Shown here: in pieces, positions 28,686 to 39,463 of the stretch
Position numbering within the stretch: position 1 is the first letter of the stretch
Layout: every line of letters begins with the position of its first letter
Source of the DNA: Deferribacterales bacterium
GTDB lineage: Bacteria > Chrysiogenota > Deferribacteres > Deferribacterales > Geovibrionaceae
Reading direction: 5' to 3'
Assembly: GCA_050251945.1 (NCBI GenBank)
Contig: JBFWLW010000004.1
Span: 96,001 to 160,000 of the forward strand
DNA length: 64,000 nucleotides
Translations under genes and position numbers: made by a program
The notes under the pieces: generated by a model
What the model was told of the DNA's origin: nothing
The model's database searches: none
The model's input: only the letters and a program-made list of their open reading frames with translations

Positions 28686-30548
28686 CTATACATTAAACTC
28701 TTTTATCAGGGCGCTGAGGTCTTCCGCCTGCTTTTGAAGGTCGTTTACCGTGTTTGTTATCTCGGAGACAGCGGTTGTGCTTTCGTCTATGCCCGATGCC
28801 AGCACCTGAAAACTGTCGTTAATGTTCTGTATAGCAGAAACCTGCTCTTTGACAGCCACTTCGATGCTGTTGTTGGTTTTGTTCAGTTCGTTTATCGTTT
28901 CGGTTATTTCCGAGAATGACACGCCTGTTTCCTTTGCCGCTTTGAAGACGTTTTCGACCGTCTGAGAAGCCTGTTCCATGTCGGCTGATGCGTATTTTGT
29001 ATCGTTCACCAATGTGTTGATAATTGAGCTTATGCCCTGTATCGCCTGTTGAGTTTTTTCCGCGAGTTTTCTCACTTCGTCTGCAACAACGGCGAACCCG
29101 CGACCGGCTTCGCCCGCTCTGGCTGCCTCAATGGCGGCGTTCAGCGCAAGGAGGTTTGTCTGGTCTGCGATATCGTTGATAACAACGAGTATGTTTCCTA
29201 TCTCTTCAGAGGAGTTGGAAAGCCCTGTTATTGTCTGTGCCAGTTTTTTAGTGTCATGTTCTATCTTATTAATATTTTCCAGCAGGATGTTCAGTTTTTC
29301 TTTTCCGTTGCTGGCGGAGTTGAGGGTTTTTGTGTTTATGCCAGATGAAAGTTCAATGTTGGATATGACATGCTCGGATGATGACGACATCTCCTCCATG
29401 GCTCCTGCGGCGGCTGTCATCTGTTCCGACTGGGAAACGAAGGTTGATGAAAGCTCTTCAGCCGCAGCGGAAAGCTGTGTGTTTCCGGATGTGACGCTGT
29501 GGGAGCTTTCGGTTACGGTTATTATGATGTCGTAAACCTTCTTTTTAAAGCTTTCGAGCAGTTGGGTGATGGTTGTGATCTCGCAGTTGCTCTGTTTTGC
29601 ACTGTCTGTCTTAAGATTTGCAAATATCAGCAGTTCTTTTGTCGTTGAGGTGAGCTTATTTATCAGCGAAATGATATTCATCAGGAGTCCTGATAAAATC
29701 AGGGTGAGCAAAGCCGCGACAGCAACGACTACGGTCAGATTCAGTATCCTGTTCGCCTTTTGTTTCGCGGTTATCTCCGCCGAAAAATCGTTTATGATCT
29801 GGTCTATAGTGATTTCAAGGTCGTGTGCCGCTGCGCGCATTTTGCCCTGAACCCCGTCTGACGACTGGAGACCGAACTCTGTTTCCTGCTGAACGAGCTT
29901 TGTGAAATCTTCTTTATAACTGTCTGACAGGCTCAGCATCTCTGATCTTGTGGTCGGGTCGGAAACGTTGGATTTCACAGAGTTTATGAGAATCTGGAAG
30001 TCTTTGTTAAACGTGTCCAGATATTTCCCTTTGCGGCGGAGCATGAAGTCTTTTTCGTGCCGCCTGAGCATGAGCATGTTCTTTGTTACCTCTGTGAGTC
30101 CCAGTTTGTTTGAAAAATCTTCAACTTTGTGTACTCTTTCGCGCAGGCTTCCGTAATATCCCTGTTCTTCATTGAGACCTATTTTCTTTTTCAAATCGAC
30201 CATTGCTGTGAAATCTGTTTTGTAGTCTGTCAGGTGGGTGTTTATGTCAGACAAAGAGGTGTTTTCGGGGTTCTTTGCCATCAGTTCTTCAAGTTTATCT
30301 TTAAGTACCTGTGAGTGGGTGTCAAATTCGGCGGCATATTGCAGGTCGTTGCGCATCATAAAATCTTTTTCACTCTTTCTCAGAGAAAGCATCTCTGTCT
30401 TTATTTCAAGCGCAGCTTCTTTGTCTTTAAAAAGAGCTGTCAGTTTGTTTGAGCTTGCGATGGTGCTGATAATGATAAGTATCAGACCTGAAAAAACAGT
30501 TAAACCTAATAAAATTATCTTTTTCTTCAGAGACATATTGATTGTCAT
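28686..30548 (-). CDS. Methyl-accepting chemotaxis protein
   Basis: [40 protein letters not shown]; two TM segments. Confidence 0.95.
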   Translation of the reverse strand: MTINMSLKKKIILLGLTVFSGLILIIISTIASSNKLTALFKDKEAALEIKTEMLSLRKSEKDFMMRNDLQYAAEFDTHSQVLKDKLEELMAKNPENTSLSDINTHLTDYKTDFTAMVDLKKKIGLNEEQGYYGSLRERVHKVEDFSNKLGLTEVTKNMLMLRRHEKDFMLRRKGKYLDTFNKDFQILINSVKSNVSDPTTRSEMLSLSDSYKEDFTKLVQQETEFGLQSSDGVQGKMRAAAHDLEITIDQIINDFSAEITAKQKANRILNLTVVVAVAALLTLILSGLLMNIISLINKLTSTTKELLIFANLKTDSAKQSNCEITTITQLLESFKKKVYDIIITVTESSHSVTSGNTQLSAAAEELSSTFVSQSEQMTAAAGAMEEMSSSSEHVISNIELSSGINTKTLNSASNGKEKLNILLENINKIEHDTKKLAQTITGLSNSSEEIGNILVVINDIADQTNLLALNAAIEAARAGEAGRGFAVVADEVRKLAEKTQQAIQGISSIINTLVNDTKYASADMEQASQTVENVFKAAKETGVSFSEITETINELNKTNNSIEVAVKEQVSAIQNINDSFQVLASGIDESTTAVSEITNTVNDLQKQAEDLSALIKEFNV

Positions 30549-30733
30549 TGCATTTCTCCTTGTGTCTGTATGCCGTTGAATATCAATTTATAATAATGTG
30601 TATAATTTATGATATTGCAAATATTTTAAAAAGAAAGGGTGATATGAAAGAAAATAAACAGAAATTTGTAAACTGAACCATTATGATATTTAAACAGGAA
30701 AGCCTGCGAATCGGTTCCGCAGGCTTATGGCAG

Positions 30734-31486
30734 TTATCTCAATGTAAAACTGACGGATAAAACTATTGTGATGTCTTCCGTTGGCGCCGGAAGGGGAGCC
30801 GCGTCCAGCACCGCATCTTTTGCGGCATCGTCCAGAATTGAATAGCCGCTCGATTTGTTAACTGAAATTCTTTCAACAGATCCGTTTTTCAATATTCTGA
30901 ACCGAAGATCCGTGACCCCTTTGAGTCCCATCATTTTTGCCTGTCTCGGATAGACCAGTTTGCCGTATATGCTTTTTCTCAGCGAGTCCAGATTTATTCT
31001 CATATAGTTTGAGGCGGCACCCGCACCGCTGTTTTTCGCAGGAGCCTGTTCCTGCGCGCTGTCTTCCGTCGGTTTGCCCACGTATCCGGTGCCTGAAAAC
31101 TGCTCAGGTTTACTGCTTTGCGGCGCTGTCACCGGCACATACTCTTTCATTCCGGTATCACTTACAAGTTTCGGTTCGGACATTTCCACCGGAGCCTGAA
31201 CCTTTTGAGGTACAACAGGCGGGGCGACCACCTTTTCAATTTTTTTCTGCTGAGGCAGAGGTTTTGATTTTGGTTTTGGCGGCATCGGCTCTTTTTTCGG
31301 TAAAACGATCTTTTTTGGTTCTTCCGCAACGGGTTTGCTTTCAGGCTTTTCAATTGTGAATGCCGAAATATCAACGGTTCTGGTGTTATCTTTTGGATGT
31401 TCCAGACTGTTAACACCCAAAATGAAAGCGCCTAAAACCAGTAAGTGAATAGTCAGAGAAACAAAAAAACCTTTCAGATAATTCAT
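30734..31486 (-). CDS. tonB: Energy transducer TonB
   Basis: N-terminal TM with SLTIH, Pro/Lys-rich linker, YPRQA...SSGYSILD C-domain. Confidence 0.9.
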   Translation of the reverse strand: MNYLKGFFVSLTIHLLVLGAFILGVNSLEHPKDNTRTVDISAFTIEKPESKPVAEEPKKIVLPKKEPMPPKPKSKPLPQQKKIEKVVAPPVVPQKVQAPVEMSEPKLVSDTGMKEYVPVTAPQSSKPEQFSGTGYVGKPTEDSAQEQAPAKNSGAGAASNYMRINLDSLRKSIYGKLVYPRQAKMMGLKGVTDLRFRILKNGSVERISVNKSSGYSILDDAAKDAVLDAAPLPAPTEDITIVLSVSFTLR

Positions 31487-31858
31487 TTATCTTTCCGTTT
31501 GAATACTGACCTTTGAGAATCCACCGTTTTTGAGTACCTCAACGGCGGAAACAAAGGGCTGCACGGTTGCGTCCTTGTCTGCACTTATGAGGATTGGGGT
31601 GTTTTTGTCCTTACCCTCAAGTGCGGCGGGCAGGTTTTCGAGACTGACCATTTTTCCCTCAAGGTAGATGGTTCCGTCCGCTGTCATGTCCAGCGTCATG
31701 GTTTCCGCCGCGGAAGGATTTTCAGCATCCGCGCTGGGCAGATTGACAGGGATTACCCCTCTCACCAGAAAGTTCGCCGTAACCAGAACTATAGTGATGA
31801 GAACCAGCATTATGTCAACCAGCGGTATGACATTGATCTCAACAAAACTATCCTTCAT
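31487..31858 (-). CDS. exbD: ExbD
   Basis: EINVIPLVDIMLVL motif. Confidence 0.92.
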   Translation of the reverse strand: MKDSFVEINVIPLVDIMLVLITIVLVTANFLVRGVIPVNLPSADAENPSAAETMTLDMTADGTIYLEGKMVSLENLPAALEGKDKNTPILISADKDATVQPFVSAVEVLKNGGFSKVSIQTER

Positions 31859-32273
31859 TGCTTATATCCCATCTTGTGAGCATTTTTTTTGTGGTTCCTG
31901 AGAGCGTGTTGTAAAGCACAACCGCAATTATCGCCACGACAAGCCCAACCGCAGTAGCTTTAAGCGCCAGCGAAAGGTTTACCATTATTTTTCCGGTGTC
32001 GATCTTTGTGGAAGTTCCGACGTTGTAAAACGTCATCATAATTCCCAGAACAGTTCCCAAAAGCCCTATGTATGGAGAGTTGCTGGCGACTGTGCCTATG
32101 AAAGGCAGGTTTTTCTGAAGGTCAAGTTCCAGCTCTTTTCTGGATTTGTAACTGTCGGTTCTGACGCTTCTGTAAAAAAGGATACGCTCAACCGAGAGCA
32201 TGACAACAACGAAACACAAAACCACCAAAAATCCGATTATTCCGTAGTCCACTAAGTTGTTTACCCATTCCAT
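31848..32273 (-). CDS. exbB: ExbB
   Basis: SPYIGLLGTVLGIM...ALKATAVGLVVAI. Confidence 0.92.
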   Translation of the reverse strand: MEWVNNLVDYGIIGFLVVLCFVVVMLSVERILFYRSVRTDSYKSRKELELDLQKNLPFIGTVASNSPYIGLLGTVLGIMMTFYNVGTSTKIDTGKIMVNLSLALKATAVGLVVAIIAVVLYNTLSGTTKKMLTRWDISNEG

Positions 32274-32566
32274 TAAGTTCCCCCGTTGAAATTATTTGCT
32301 TCCGGACAATCATCGTTCTTTTTAGCATAAACTGCGTTGTATTTGAAGATATATATCGTTATCATTTTGATGACTGGCGCTATGAAAGTAAAAAATATTG
32401 GTGTCGAATTGATGGAGATTGGCAGAGGCTTTGGTGCTTGCGTCATGAATGAAAGTCTCACAGTGAAGAAATATTTGTGAGCATGTTTTGATGACACTAA
32501 GTGTGTTTATGATGTATATTTTGAAAACGAGTATGTTGGAAAAAGCAGATACAGACAGTATCGCTT

Positions 32567-32872
32567 ATGCGGTCACAATGGGGTTATCGCCGCATCGAGG
32601 GCGAGATTGATATTGGTACGAAAATACCTACTTTTTCGGATATGATCTCCGTACTTAAGGAGGACAGACCATACAGAACCAGACTTAACGTTAATGTTGC
32701 ATTCGGTATCATGGATAATTACGCCATGGAGAACATCGATCTGGATATGATAAAGGTCATAGATAAGTATAAGCCTGAAATACAGCGTATCGTGGACGAG
32801 TGCAAAAAGCGGGCTAAGCGCATGTCTGACGAATCGGTTGCATACGACTATAGCCAAGGCTTCGCGGAGTGA
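32567..32872 (+). CDS. Hypothetical protein, possibly a gene remnant
   Basis: 101-aa ORF without clear RBS or recognisable motif. Confidence 0.3.
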   Translation: MRSQWGYRRIEGEIDIGTKIPTFSDMISVLKEDRPYRTRLNVNVAFGIMDNYAMENIDLDMIKVIDKYKPEIQRIVDECKKRAKRMSDESVAYDYSQGFAE

Positions 32873-33057
32873 TTTGTTTGCTTTATTCGTTGCTGTTTGA
32901 TAAATTATGATATTTAAATTGATATAAGTATTTGTTTGTTATTTGTTTTTTGATGGTAAATAATCAGATATGTTTGATGTGTCAATTGAGAAAATTCGTA
33001 ACTTTAATATTATAAGATTTTATGTTATTTATTTGAAGCCTACTAAACAGGTGAATA

Positions 33058-34302
33058 ATGGATAAAAATATAAAAAGAATTACTAGCTGGTTATCAGAAA
33101 TTGATTCAAAGAACAAATTTTTGTTGGAAGAAAGCGAGCATGTAGCAATTTTAACTCATTTATATCATGCATATATATCTAACAGTATCATGGACTACGA
33201 CAATGATTACTATATTACCAAAGGATATGCTAATCAAATAGTAGAAAGTATTCCCGATGATATATTGTCCCATTTAAATTATGCACCTTACAATGATCTG
33301 CATAATCAATATTTTAAATTTGTAGACCTGTTTGCCGGAATCGGTGGTTTCAGGCTGGCGCTAAATAAGCATGGAGGAAAGTGTGTTTTTTCATCGGAGT
33401 GGGATAAGTCTGCACAAATGACATATTTTGCAAACTACGGTGATGTACCTTTTGGTGATATTAGAAGTTTTACGGGAGAACATATTTCAGACAGTCTTCT
33501 CGATATATCAATACCTGACCATGATATTTTAACAGCTGGGTTTCCGTGTCAACCTTTTTCCAGAGCAGGTGTTTCTGCGCGTAATGCTCTCCATAAAAGT
33601 CATGGTTTTGATTGTGAGACACAAGGGACTTTATTTTATGATATAATAAGAATTATCAGTGTAAAAAAGCCAAAAATAGTTTTTCTTGAAAATGTCAAAA
33701 ATCTTATTTCTCATGACAATGGAAGAACATTTAATGTGATCAAAAAAAATATCAACGAGCAAGGTTATAAATTTTACTATTATATTATAAATTCGGAAAC
33801 TTTAGTTCCTCAAAAGAGAATTCGTTGTTATATGATATGTATACGTGATGATATTAATAAGGCACATAATTTTAGTTTAGATATGACTGCTTTTAAAGGA
33901 AATCCTTTGTCTCTTGAAACGATTTTAGAGCCTGCTGATTATGTCAAGGAATATCAAATTTCAGAGAAACTCTGGCAAGGACATATCAACAGAACCAATA
34001 GAAATCTTGAACGCGGGACAGGGTTTACAGCCATGCTTGCAGATTTAAAAAAACCATCAAATACCCTTGTCGCTAGATATGGAAAAGATGGTAAAGAATG
34101 TTTAATTCCCATGCAATATGGTCCACCTCGAAAACTGTCCATAAGAGAGGCTGCAAGGCTTCAGGGTTTTCCTGATGACTTCGTTTTGCCACTTTCAAAA
34201 ACGCCTGTTTATAAACAAATGGGGAATTCTGTAGCTGTTCCTGTAGTTCAAGAATTAGCAAGACAAATTGTTTTATATCTGGAGAATGTAAATGCAATAT
34301 AA
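33058..34302 (+). CDS. C5 DNA cytosine methyltransferase (Dcm/EcoRII/SsoII-like)
   Basis: DLFAGIGG, GFPCQPFS, ENV, QKRIR, QMGNSV; ARYGKDG target-recognition segment. Confidence 0.95.
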   Translation: MDKNIKRITSWLSEIDSKNKFLLEESEHVAILTHLYHAYISNSIMDYDNDYYITKGYANQIVESIPDDILSHLNYAPYNDLHNQYFKFVDLFAGIGGFRLALNKHGGKCVFSSEWDKSAQMTYFANYGDVPFGDIRSFTGEHISDSLLDISIPDHDILTAGFPCQPFSRAGVSARNALHKSHGFDCETQGTLFYDIIRIISVKKPKIVFLENVKNLISHDNGRTFNVIKKNINEQGYKFYYYIINSETLVPQKRIRCYMICIRDDINKAHNFSLDMTAFKGNPLSLETILEPADYVKEYQISEKLWQGHINRTNRNLERGTGFTAMLADLKKPSNTLVARYGKDGKECLIPMQYGPPRKLSIREAARLQGFPDDFVLPLSKTPVYKQMGNSVAVPVVQELARQIVLYLENVNAI

Positions 34303-35365
34303 AACTAGGAATGATTTGAATAGTGTTGAAAAAATATACTGGTATCTCAGGTATATGGTTGAAACTGACAAAGGTGCATTTTTTAAAAGAAAAAAAACAA
34401 TTATTATGTTGCGAGATACTCTGGGGTCAGCCATCAAAAGCTCTTCTGAATTTGGAGATGCAGATAGAGTGATGATTTTGAAGAAGATTATTGAAGATGC
34501 TTTGCTTGGTATATCAAAAAAAACAACTAAAAATTATATGAAATATGTTGAATTGTCTAATTCGATTAATGAGTTAGTTGCATCGGTGCAAGATATTGAT
34601 ATGTTGATATTTTGTTTAGATAAACTTCTTATTCCCAGCTGTGAGGCGCTTGATAAAGTCCCGACGACTGAAGCATCAACAATTGCAAAATCTTATGCTT
34701 CAAGTGTTTTGAAAACTCAGGGAACTATTGGGTTAGCAAATATTTTGAAAGAATGGGACTACATTACATTAGATATTTGTTTAAATAGGGAAAGAGATAT
34801 TGTTACTGAACTGTTTTTGTTGATAAAGAATGAATTATCGAATACTAAGATTTTTGAATTTAATGCTGATAAAGACAAAAACGATGCGAGTGTTACAACG
34901 GCTGTTGTGCAGGAATTTGAAAGACGTTTAGGACAGATGCGCAAACAAAGATCTGGAAAAGATTTGGAAAGTGCGACTGATTTTATTTTTAATTATTATG
35001 GTATTCCTTGTTCTGGTGCACCGGAGCATTTCAATGTTGGGCTTGAAGTTGATAATTGGGTAAAAGATAGTTCAGGCTGGTATGTCGGTTTTAGCTTAAA
35101 GCGGACTTTGAGAGAACGCTGGAAACAAACAGTTGTTGATAAAGATACTCTGACAAGTTTCAGAATAAGGAATATTGTACACTTGATTTTAATGGATTCT
35201 GATTTATCTAACAATAAAATTGCAGAAATGGGTTCAAAAAGGCATTTGTTTTTTGTATCTGATAATTCAGATGTGCTTGAGAGAACGAAAAATGATTCTG
35301 TGCTTAAAGATTACGTCAAGCCTTTTTCATCATTAATTGACTATTTGATGCAGATTAGAGAATAA
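34292..35365 (+). CDS. Type II restriction endonuclease (EcoRII-C/SsoII-like)
   Basis: RKQRSGKDLE ... VD ... SLKRTLRERWKQ; overlaps MTase stop. Confidence 0.75.
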   Translation: MQYKTRNDLNSVEKIYWYLRYMVETDKGAFFKRKKTIIMLRDTLGSAIKSSSEFGDADRVMILKKIIEDALLGISKKTTKNYMKYVELSNSINELVASVQDIDMLIFCLDKLLIPSCEALDKVPTTEASTIAKSYASSVLKTQGTIGLANILKEWDYITLDICLNRERDIVTELFLLIKNELSNTKIFEFNADKDKNDASVTTAVVQEFERRLGQMRKQRSGKDLESATDFIFNYYGIPCSGAPEHFNVGLEVDNWVKDSSGWYVGFSLKRTLRERWKQTVVDKDTLTSFRIRNIVHLILMDSDLSNNKIAEMGSKRHLFFVSDNSDVLERTKNDSVLKDYVKPFSSLIDYLMQIRE

Positions 35366-35366
35366 T

Positions 35367-35792
35367 TTATTTACGCGTTTTATTGTTTAGATTGAAATGC
35401 TGGTCGATAATATCAATAAATGACTTGTTGAGTATTTGGCATTCCCATAAGACGACAATATCCCAGCCTAGATTTTGTAACGAATCATGTACTATGTGGT
35501 CTCTCTCCACATTTTTATTTAGTTTTTTTTGCCAAAATTCAGTATTTGTTTTTGGAATCTTTGCATCTTTACAGTTTTGATGTAAATGCCAAAAACAACC
35601 ATGAATCAAAATCACAGTATGATATTTTGATAAAACGATATCAGGTTTGCCTGGTAAATCTGCTCTATGCAATCTGAAACGCAAACCTCTGTTATGAAGA
35701 TATTTCCTTACTATGATTTCAGGGGTGGTATTTTTACTTTTGATTTGTGACATATTCCAGCTGCGATGCTGTTGTGATATTGTATCGGTCAC
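35367..35792 (-). CDS. vsr: Very short patch repair endonuclease
   Basis: RSWNMSQIKSKNTTPE, LPGKPD, HGCFWH, VLWEC. Confidence 0.95.
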   Translation of the reverse strand: MTDTISQQHRSWNMSQIKSKNTTPEIIVRKYLHNRGLRFRLHRADLPGKPDIVLSKYHTVILIHGCFWHLHQNCKDAKIPKTNTEFWQKKLNKNVERDHIVHDSLQNLGWDIVVLWECQILNKSFIDIIDQHFNLNNKTRK

Positions 35793-35973
35793 TTTGTGCT
35801 CTTATGAATTTCTATATTTTCTTTAATATTAACATCGTTAAGTGTTTTATCATCCAAACTATCTCATTATGTTATTTTAACACATTTATTTCTTTCGATA
35901 AATCCGTATGAGATTGCCGCACCTGCTTGCGCAGGTTTGCGGGCGTCCATTCCGTCTGACAGATTGTTCAACA

Positions 35974-36002
35974 AAAAAGGCAGTCCGAAGACTGCCTTTT
36001 TT
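35974..36002. terminator. Terminator downstream of tRNA-Phe
   Basis: AAAAAGGCAGTC-CGAA-GACTGCCTTTTT. Confidence 0.8.
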
Positions 36003-36008
36003 GTTGAA

Positions 36009-36081
36009 TGCCCAGGGACGGAATCGAACCATCGACACGTGGATTTTCAGTCCACTGCTCTACCGACTGAGCTACCTGGGC
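36009..36081 (-). tRNA. tRNA-Phe (GAA), CCA not encoded
   Basis: GCCCAGGTAGCTCAGTCGGTAGAGCAGTGGACTGAAAATCCACGTGTCGATGGTTCGATTCCGTCCCTGGGCA cloverleaf. Confidence 0.96.
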
Positions 36082-36185
36082 GGTACGCTCTCAAAAGCGA
36101 GGTCTAAAAATATCGAAAAACACCTTAGATGTCAACATCTATTTTGCATTTTTTCAATAAAATATTTCCCGCTTTTATCAGCGCC

Positions 36186-37202
36186 TTATATTGTTCTGCC
36201 AACAGCCAGAGCTATCGAACGCAGGCTGCCCATAAGTTCGAGGAACTGTGTTGGTGTGAGCGACTGTGCGCCGTCTGACCATGCCTTTTCAGGGTTGGGG
36301 TGTACCTCAATTATAAGTCCGTCCGCGCCTATCGCAACCGCCGCCTTGCAGAGCGGTCCGACATATTGCCAATGACCTGCAGCGTGGCTGGGGTCTATCA
36401 TGATGGGCAGGTGGCTTTTTGATTTGATAACAGGTACAGCGCTTATGTCCAGCGTGTTTCTGGTGGCTGTTTCAAAAGTTCTCAAGCCCCTTTCGCAGAG
36501 AATTACGTTTTTGTTGCCCTCACAAAGGATATATTCGCTCGCTGTGAGGAATTCCTCAATGGTTGTGGACATGCCGCGTTTCAGCAGAACGGGCTTATCT
36601 GTCTTGCCCAGCTCTGTCAGAAGGGCAAAGTTTTGTATGTTTCTGGCACCAACCTGAAACATATCGGCGTATTTGTATACCATATCGACATATTTCGGGT
36701 TTGTGACCTCTGTTACCACTGGTAGACCTGTCACTTCTCTTGCCTTTGCGAGTATCTTAAGCCCTTCTTCTGCAAGTCCCTGGAAAGCGTAGGGGGATGT
36801 GCGGGGTTTGAATGCGCCGCCGCGAAGCATGGATGCGCCTGCCGCTTTAACGAATTCTGCCGTTTTGATTGTCTGTTCTTCGGACTCCACCGAACAGGGT
36901 CCCGCTATAACGGGAATGTTCTCTCCGCCGAAAAGAACTCCGCAGCAGTCGATTATGGTGGGTTCGTCTTTAACTTCGCGGCTGGAAAGCTTGTATGGCT
37001 TGCTGATGGGGATAACTTTGTCAACTCCCGCCATCTCGCCTATGACAGTCATCTTGTCCCGCTGTCCGTCAACGCCGACAAGCCCGACCACAACCCTTTC
37101 CTTGCCTTCAATGATGTGGGCGTGGAAACCTATCTCCTCCGCTGTTTCAATAACTCTTGCAACGCTGTCCTGCGCCGCTCCGATTTTCATAACTACTATC
37201 AT
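36186..37202 (-). CDS. aroF: DAHP synthase (type I beta, N-terminal regulatory domain)
   Basis: [37 protein letters not shown] motifs. Confidence 0.95.
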   Translation of the reverse strand: MIVVMKIGAAQDSVARVIETAEEIGFHAHIIEGKERVVVGLVGVDGQRDKMTVIGEMAGVDKVIPISKPYKLSSREVKDEPTIIDCCGVLFGGENIPVIAGPCSVESEEQTIKTAEFVKAAGASMLRGGAFKPRTSPYAFQGLAEEGLKILAKAREVTGLPVVTEVTNPKYVDMVYKYADMFQVGARNIQNFALLTELGKTDKPVLLKRGMSTTIEEFLTASEYILCEGNKNVILCERGLRTFETATRNTLDISAVPVIKSKSHLPIMIDPSHAAGHWQYVGPLCKAAVAIGADGLIIEVHPNPEKAWSDGAQSLTPTQFLELMGSLRSIALAVGRTI

Positions 37203-37254
37203 TTTATACCTCCGGTATTTGAATTTCAGCGACTTAACGCGCCCCCGCAGGCAT

Positions 37255-37291
37255 AAAAAAACCGCGGGAGCCTGTAAAGCCGCCGCGGTCT
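37255..37291 (-). terminator. Attenuator terminator upstream of aroF
   Basis: Minus strand ACCGCGG...CCGCGGT followed by T run. Confidence 0.8.
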
Positions 37292-37323
37292 TTGGAAATT
37301 TTATATCATTGGTCAGACCGGAC

Positions 37324-37404
37324 TCAGACGGCTACACTCCTATTGCTAAAAAAGCAATAAAAAAAGAAACCAAAAAAGAATCCGTAAAAAAGTCTGCCAA
37401 GCAT
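37324..37404 (-). CDS. Phe/Tyr-rich attenuation leader peptide MLGRLFYGFFFGFFFYCFFSNRSVAV
   Basis: Manual translation; GGAGA RBS; 9 Phe and 2 Tyr codons in 26. Confidence 0.85.
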   Translation of the reverse strand: MLGRLFYGFFFGFFFYCFFSNRSVAV

Positions 37405-37465
37405 TTGTTATTCTCCGTTTAGGGTCTAATATTCCAATTAGAAACGCATGTCAATACAAAAATTT

Positions 37466-37816
37466 TTAAGCTGACTTGTCAATTTTGTTAATTGCAGCTA
37501 TAAGGTCTTCACGTATAATTGGTTTATATATACACGCATTGACCAGCGCACATACTTTTTCAGCCTCTTCCCTGTACGCGGTGGTAATGATTATTGGAAT
37601 TTTTGAATCATGTTCTCTGATCTTATAGATCATTTCAAAGCCATCCATTTCCGGCATTGCAAGGTCGGTTATGATAAGATCCGGTTTAACTTCGAGAAAT
37701 TTCTTTAATCCCAGTACGCCATTTGCCGCTTCGTGAACATTTAATTCTTCTTTTTCCAATAACTTCTTCACGAGCATCCTCGTGAACTTTTCATCTTCAA
37801 CATATAAAATATTCAT
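37466..37816 (-). CDS. Single-domain response regulator
   Basis: ILYVEDE, DLAMPEMDG, KP motifs. Confidence 0.9.
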   Translation of the reverse strand: MNILYVEDEKFTRMLVKKLLEKEELNVHEAANGVLGLKKFLEVKPDLIITDLAMPEMDGFEMIYKIREHDSKIPIIITTAYREEAEKVCALVNACIYKPIIREDLIAAINKIDKSA

Positions 37817-38037
37817 TAAAATAATCTCCGGTGATAGATAAACATTATATGGACTATTTTGCATATTACAAGCGCTTTTTTTCCAAGTGTTTTGTGTATT
37901 ATTTATAAATTTTTAATCAATTCATAATTAACTAATTGTCCATTTTTCAGAAAATGCTCATAAAATTAAAATATTGCGGCTTTTTTGTATGCATGATATT
38001 TTTGCATATAAAATAATGAGATAAAACTGCGGGGATA

Positions 38038-39252
38038 ATGAAAAGTTCAGTTATCGGCTCTAATCCAAGAATAGTCAGTTTTTACAGCTCCTACATGGAT
38101 ATGCTGGGGGTTGTGAACGAAGCTTATAATTCGATCAACGTCGGACTGAAACGCGCTGTTGTAGATAAAAAAATATCATCTCTGGTTGTAATTATTGAAA
38201 ACAGGGACGACCTTGTTACATACAACAGACTGAAAGACCTTATAGACGAAAGGCGAATGAGCACGTTCATCGTTTGTGTGGATGAGTCTCTTGTTCAGCA
38301 GGTTTCAAACAGCCGAGTGATAACCATAAGCCACAAAAGCGTGACTTTGGACTTTTCAGAGATAATGGCAAAATCTGACGTGTGCAAGCCATATCTGAAG
38401 GAAACAGGCGGTACGAGATCGCCTGAAAAAATATTTGAACATATCAAATTTATGCTTGCGCGCGGCAACATCACCCTGCCTGTTGAGGGCGAGTGTGCTA
38501 TCCGCGTTCTCAGCGTCCTTGACCACGATAACATCACATTCAAGGCAATAGACGATATGACAAAACTTGACCCGGCTCTTCATTCCGGTATAATACGAAT
38601 GGCTAACTCTGCTTATTTCAGCGGGACTTACGGAAATATTGCAGACGTCCAGAAGGCGCTGGTGAGGCTGGGTATAAATAACGTTAAGGCATATCTGGTC
38701 AACTTTATAAATAAATCATTGGCAGCTAACAAAAATCTTCTTTTTGCCGACGAGATTGAAGAGGCTATTAAGGACTCACAGACCATAGCCGCTCTTTGTT
38801 ATGTGATGTCGGAATTTTTCAAGGTCTGTGCGAAAGGGCAGATGTATTCCGTGGGACTGCTTTCAAAGATAGGCGAAATATTTATCCTTGCGATAATATC
38901 CGATTATCTTTCCGGGGAAAGACCGGAAGATGTCAAAAACGGGAGCTACAGGAAGATGGCGGCTCAGAATAATATACTTGTCGGCGGAACGCTGATGAAA
39001 AAGTGGAAATTCTCGGAAGAATTTTACATGCCGCTGCTGTTTTCCGGCACTTTGAAAGATAATCAGTTCATGAACGAAACGAAAATACTGCATCTCGCAT
39101 GGAATATGCTGGAATATTTCGACAAAGAAGAAATTACAGACGGACTTCGTGCGGCTATGCATCGCACCGGAATACAGCTTAGTGAGAAGCAGTTACAAAA
39201 GATCAAGGCGGAAGCTGAAACAAAAATCAAAGATTTTGCAGCAGTTTATTGA
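38038..39252 (+). CDS. HDOD-domain protein
   Basis: DPALHSGIIRMANSAYF ... ALVRLG ... GLLSKIG ... KKWKF. Confidence 0.85.
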   Translation: MKSSVIGSNPRIVSFYSSYMDMLGVVNEAYNSINVGLKRAVVDKKISSLVVIIENRDDLVTYNRLKDLIDERRMSTFIVCVDESLVQQVSNSRVITISHKSVTLDFSEIMAKSDVCKPYLKETGGTRSPEKIFEHIKFMLARGNITLPVEGECAIRVLSVLDHDNITFKAIDDMTKLDPALHSGIIRMANSAYFSGTYGNIADVQKALVRLGINNVKAYLVNFINKSLAANKNLLFADEIEEAIKDSQTIAALCYVMSEFFKVCAKGQMYSVGLLSKIGEIFILAIISDYLSGERPEDVKNGSYRKMAAQNNILVGGTLMKKWKFSEEFYMPLLFSGTLKDNQFMNETKILHLAWNMLEYFDKEEITDGLRAAMHRTGIQLSEKQLQKIKAEAETKIKDFAAVY

Positions 39253-39299
39253 TTAGGCTGTTGACAAAGGCATATAAATGCTATATAACTTCCCTCCCT

Positions 39300-39373
39300 G
39301 CGCCTGTCGCTCAACTGGATAGAGCATTTGACTACGGATCAAAAGGTTAGGAGTTCGAATCTCTTCAGGCGCA
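39300..39373 (+). tRNA. tRNA-Arg (ACG), CCA not encoded
   Basis: Cloverleaf with CTACGGA loop; upstream TTGACA-17-TATAAC; terminator from 39380. Confidence 0.95.
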
Positions 39374-39463
39374 TTACTTAAGCCGCTGTATCGGATGATA
39401 CGGCGGCTTTTTTGTTTATTTACATCTTTATCCGTTGCGTTTAATATTGTGCATGAGGACAAT

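Noticed and set aside
32345..32364. Fur box upstream of exbB
   Set aside because: About 12/19 match in AT-rich DNA; plausible by context but not supportable
32382..32660. Selenoprotein or read-through ORF with in-frame TGA near 32478
   Set aside because: No recognisable family, redox motif or SECIS-like hairpin; more likely chance or a remnant
35908..36375. ORFs overlapping tRNAs (also 39253-39516)
   Set aside because: Translations of tRNA antisense sequence
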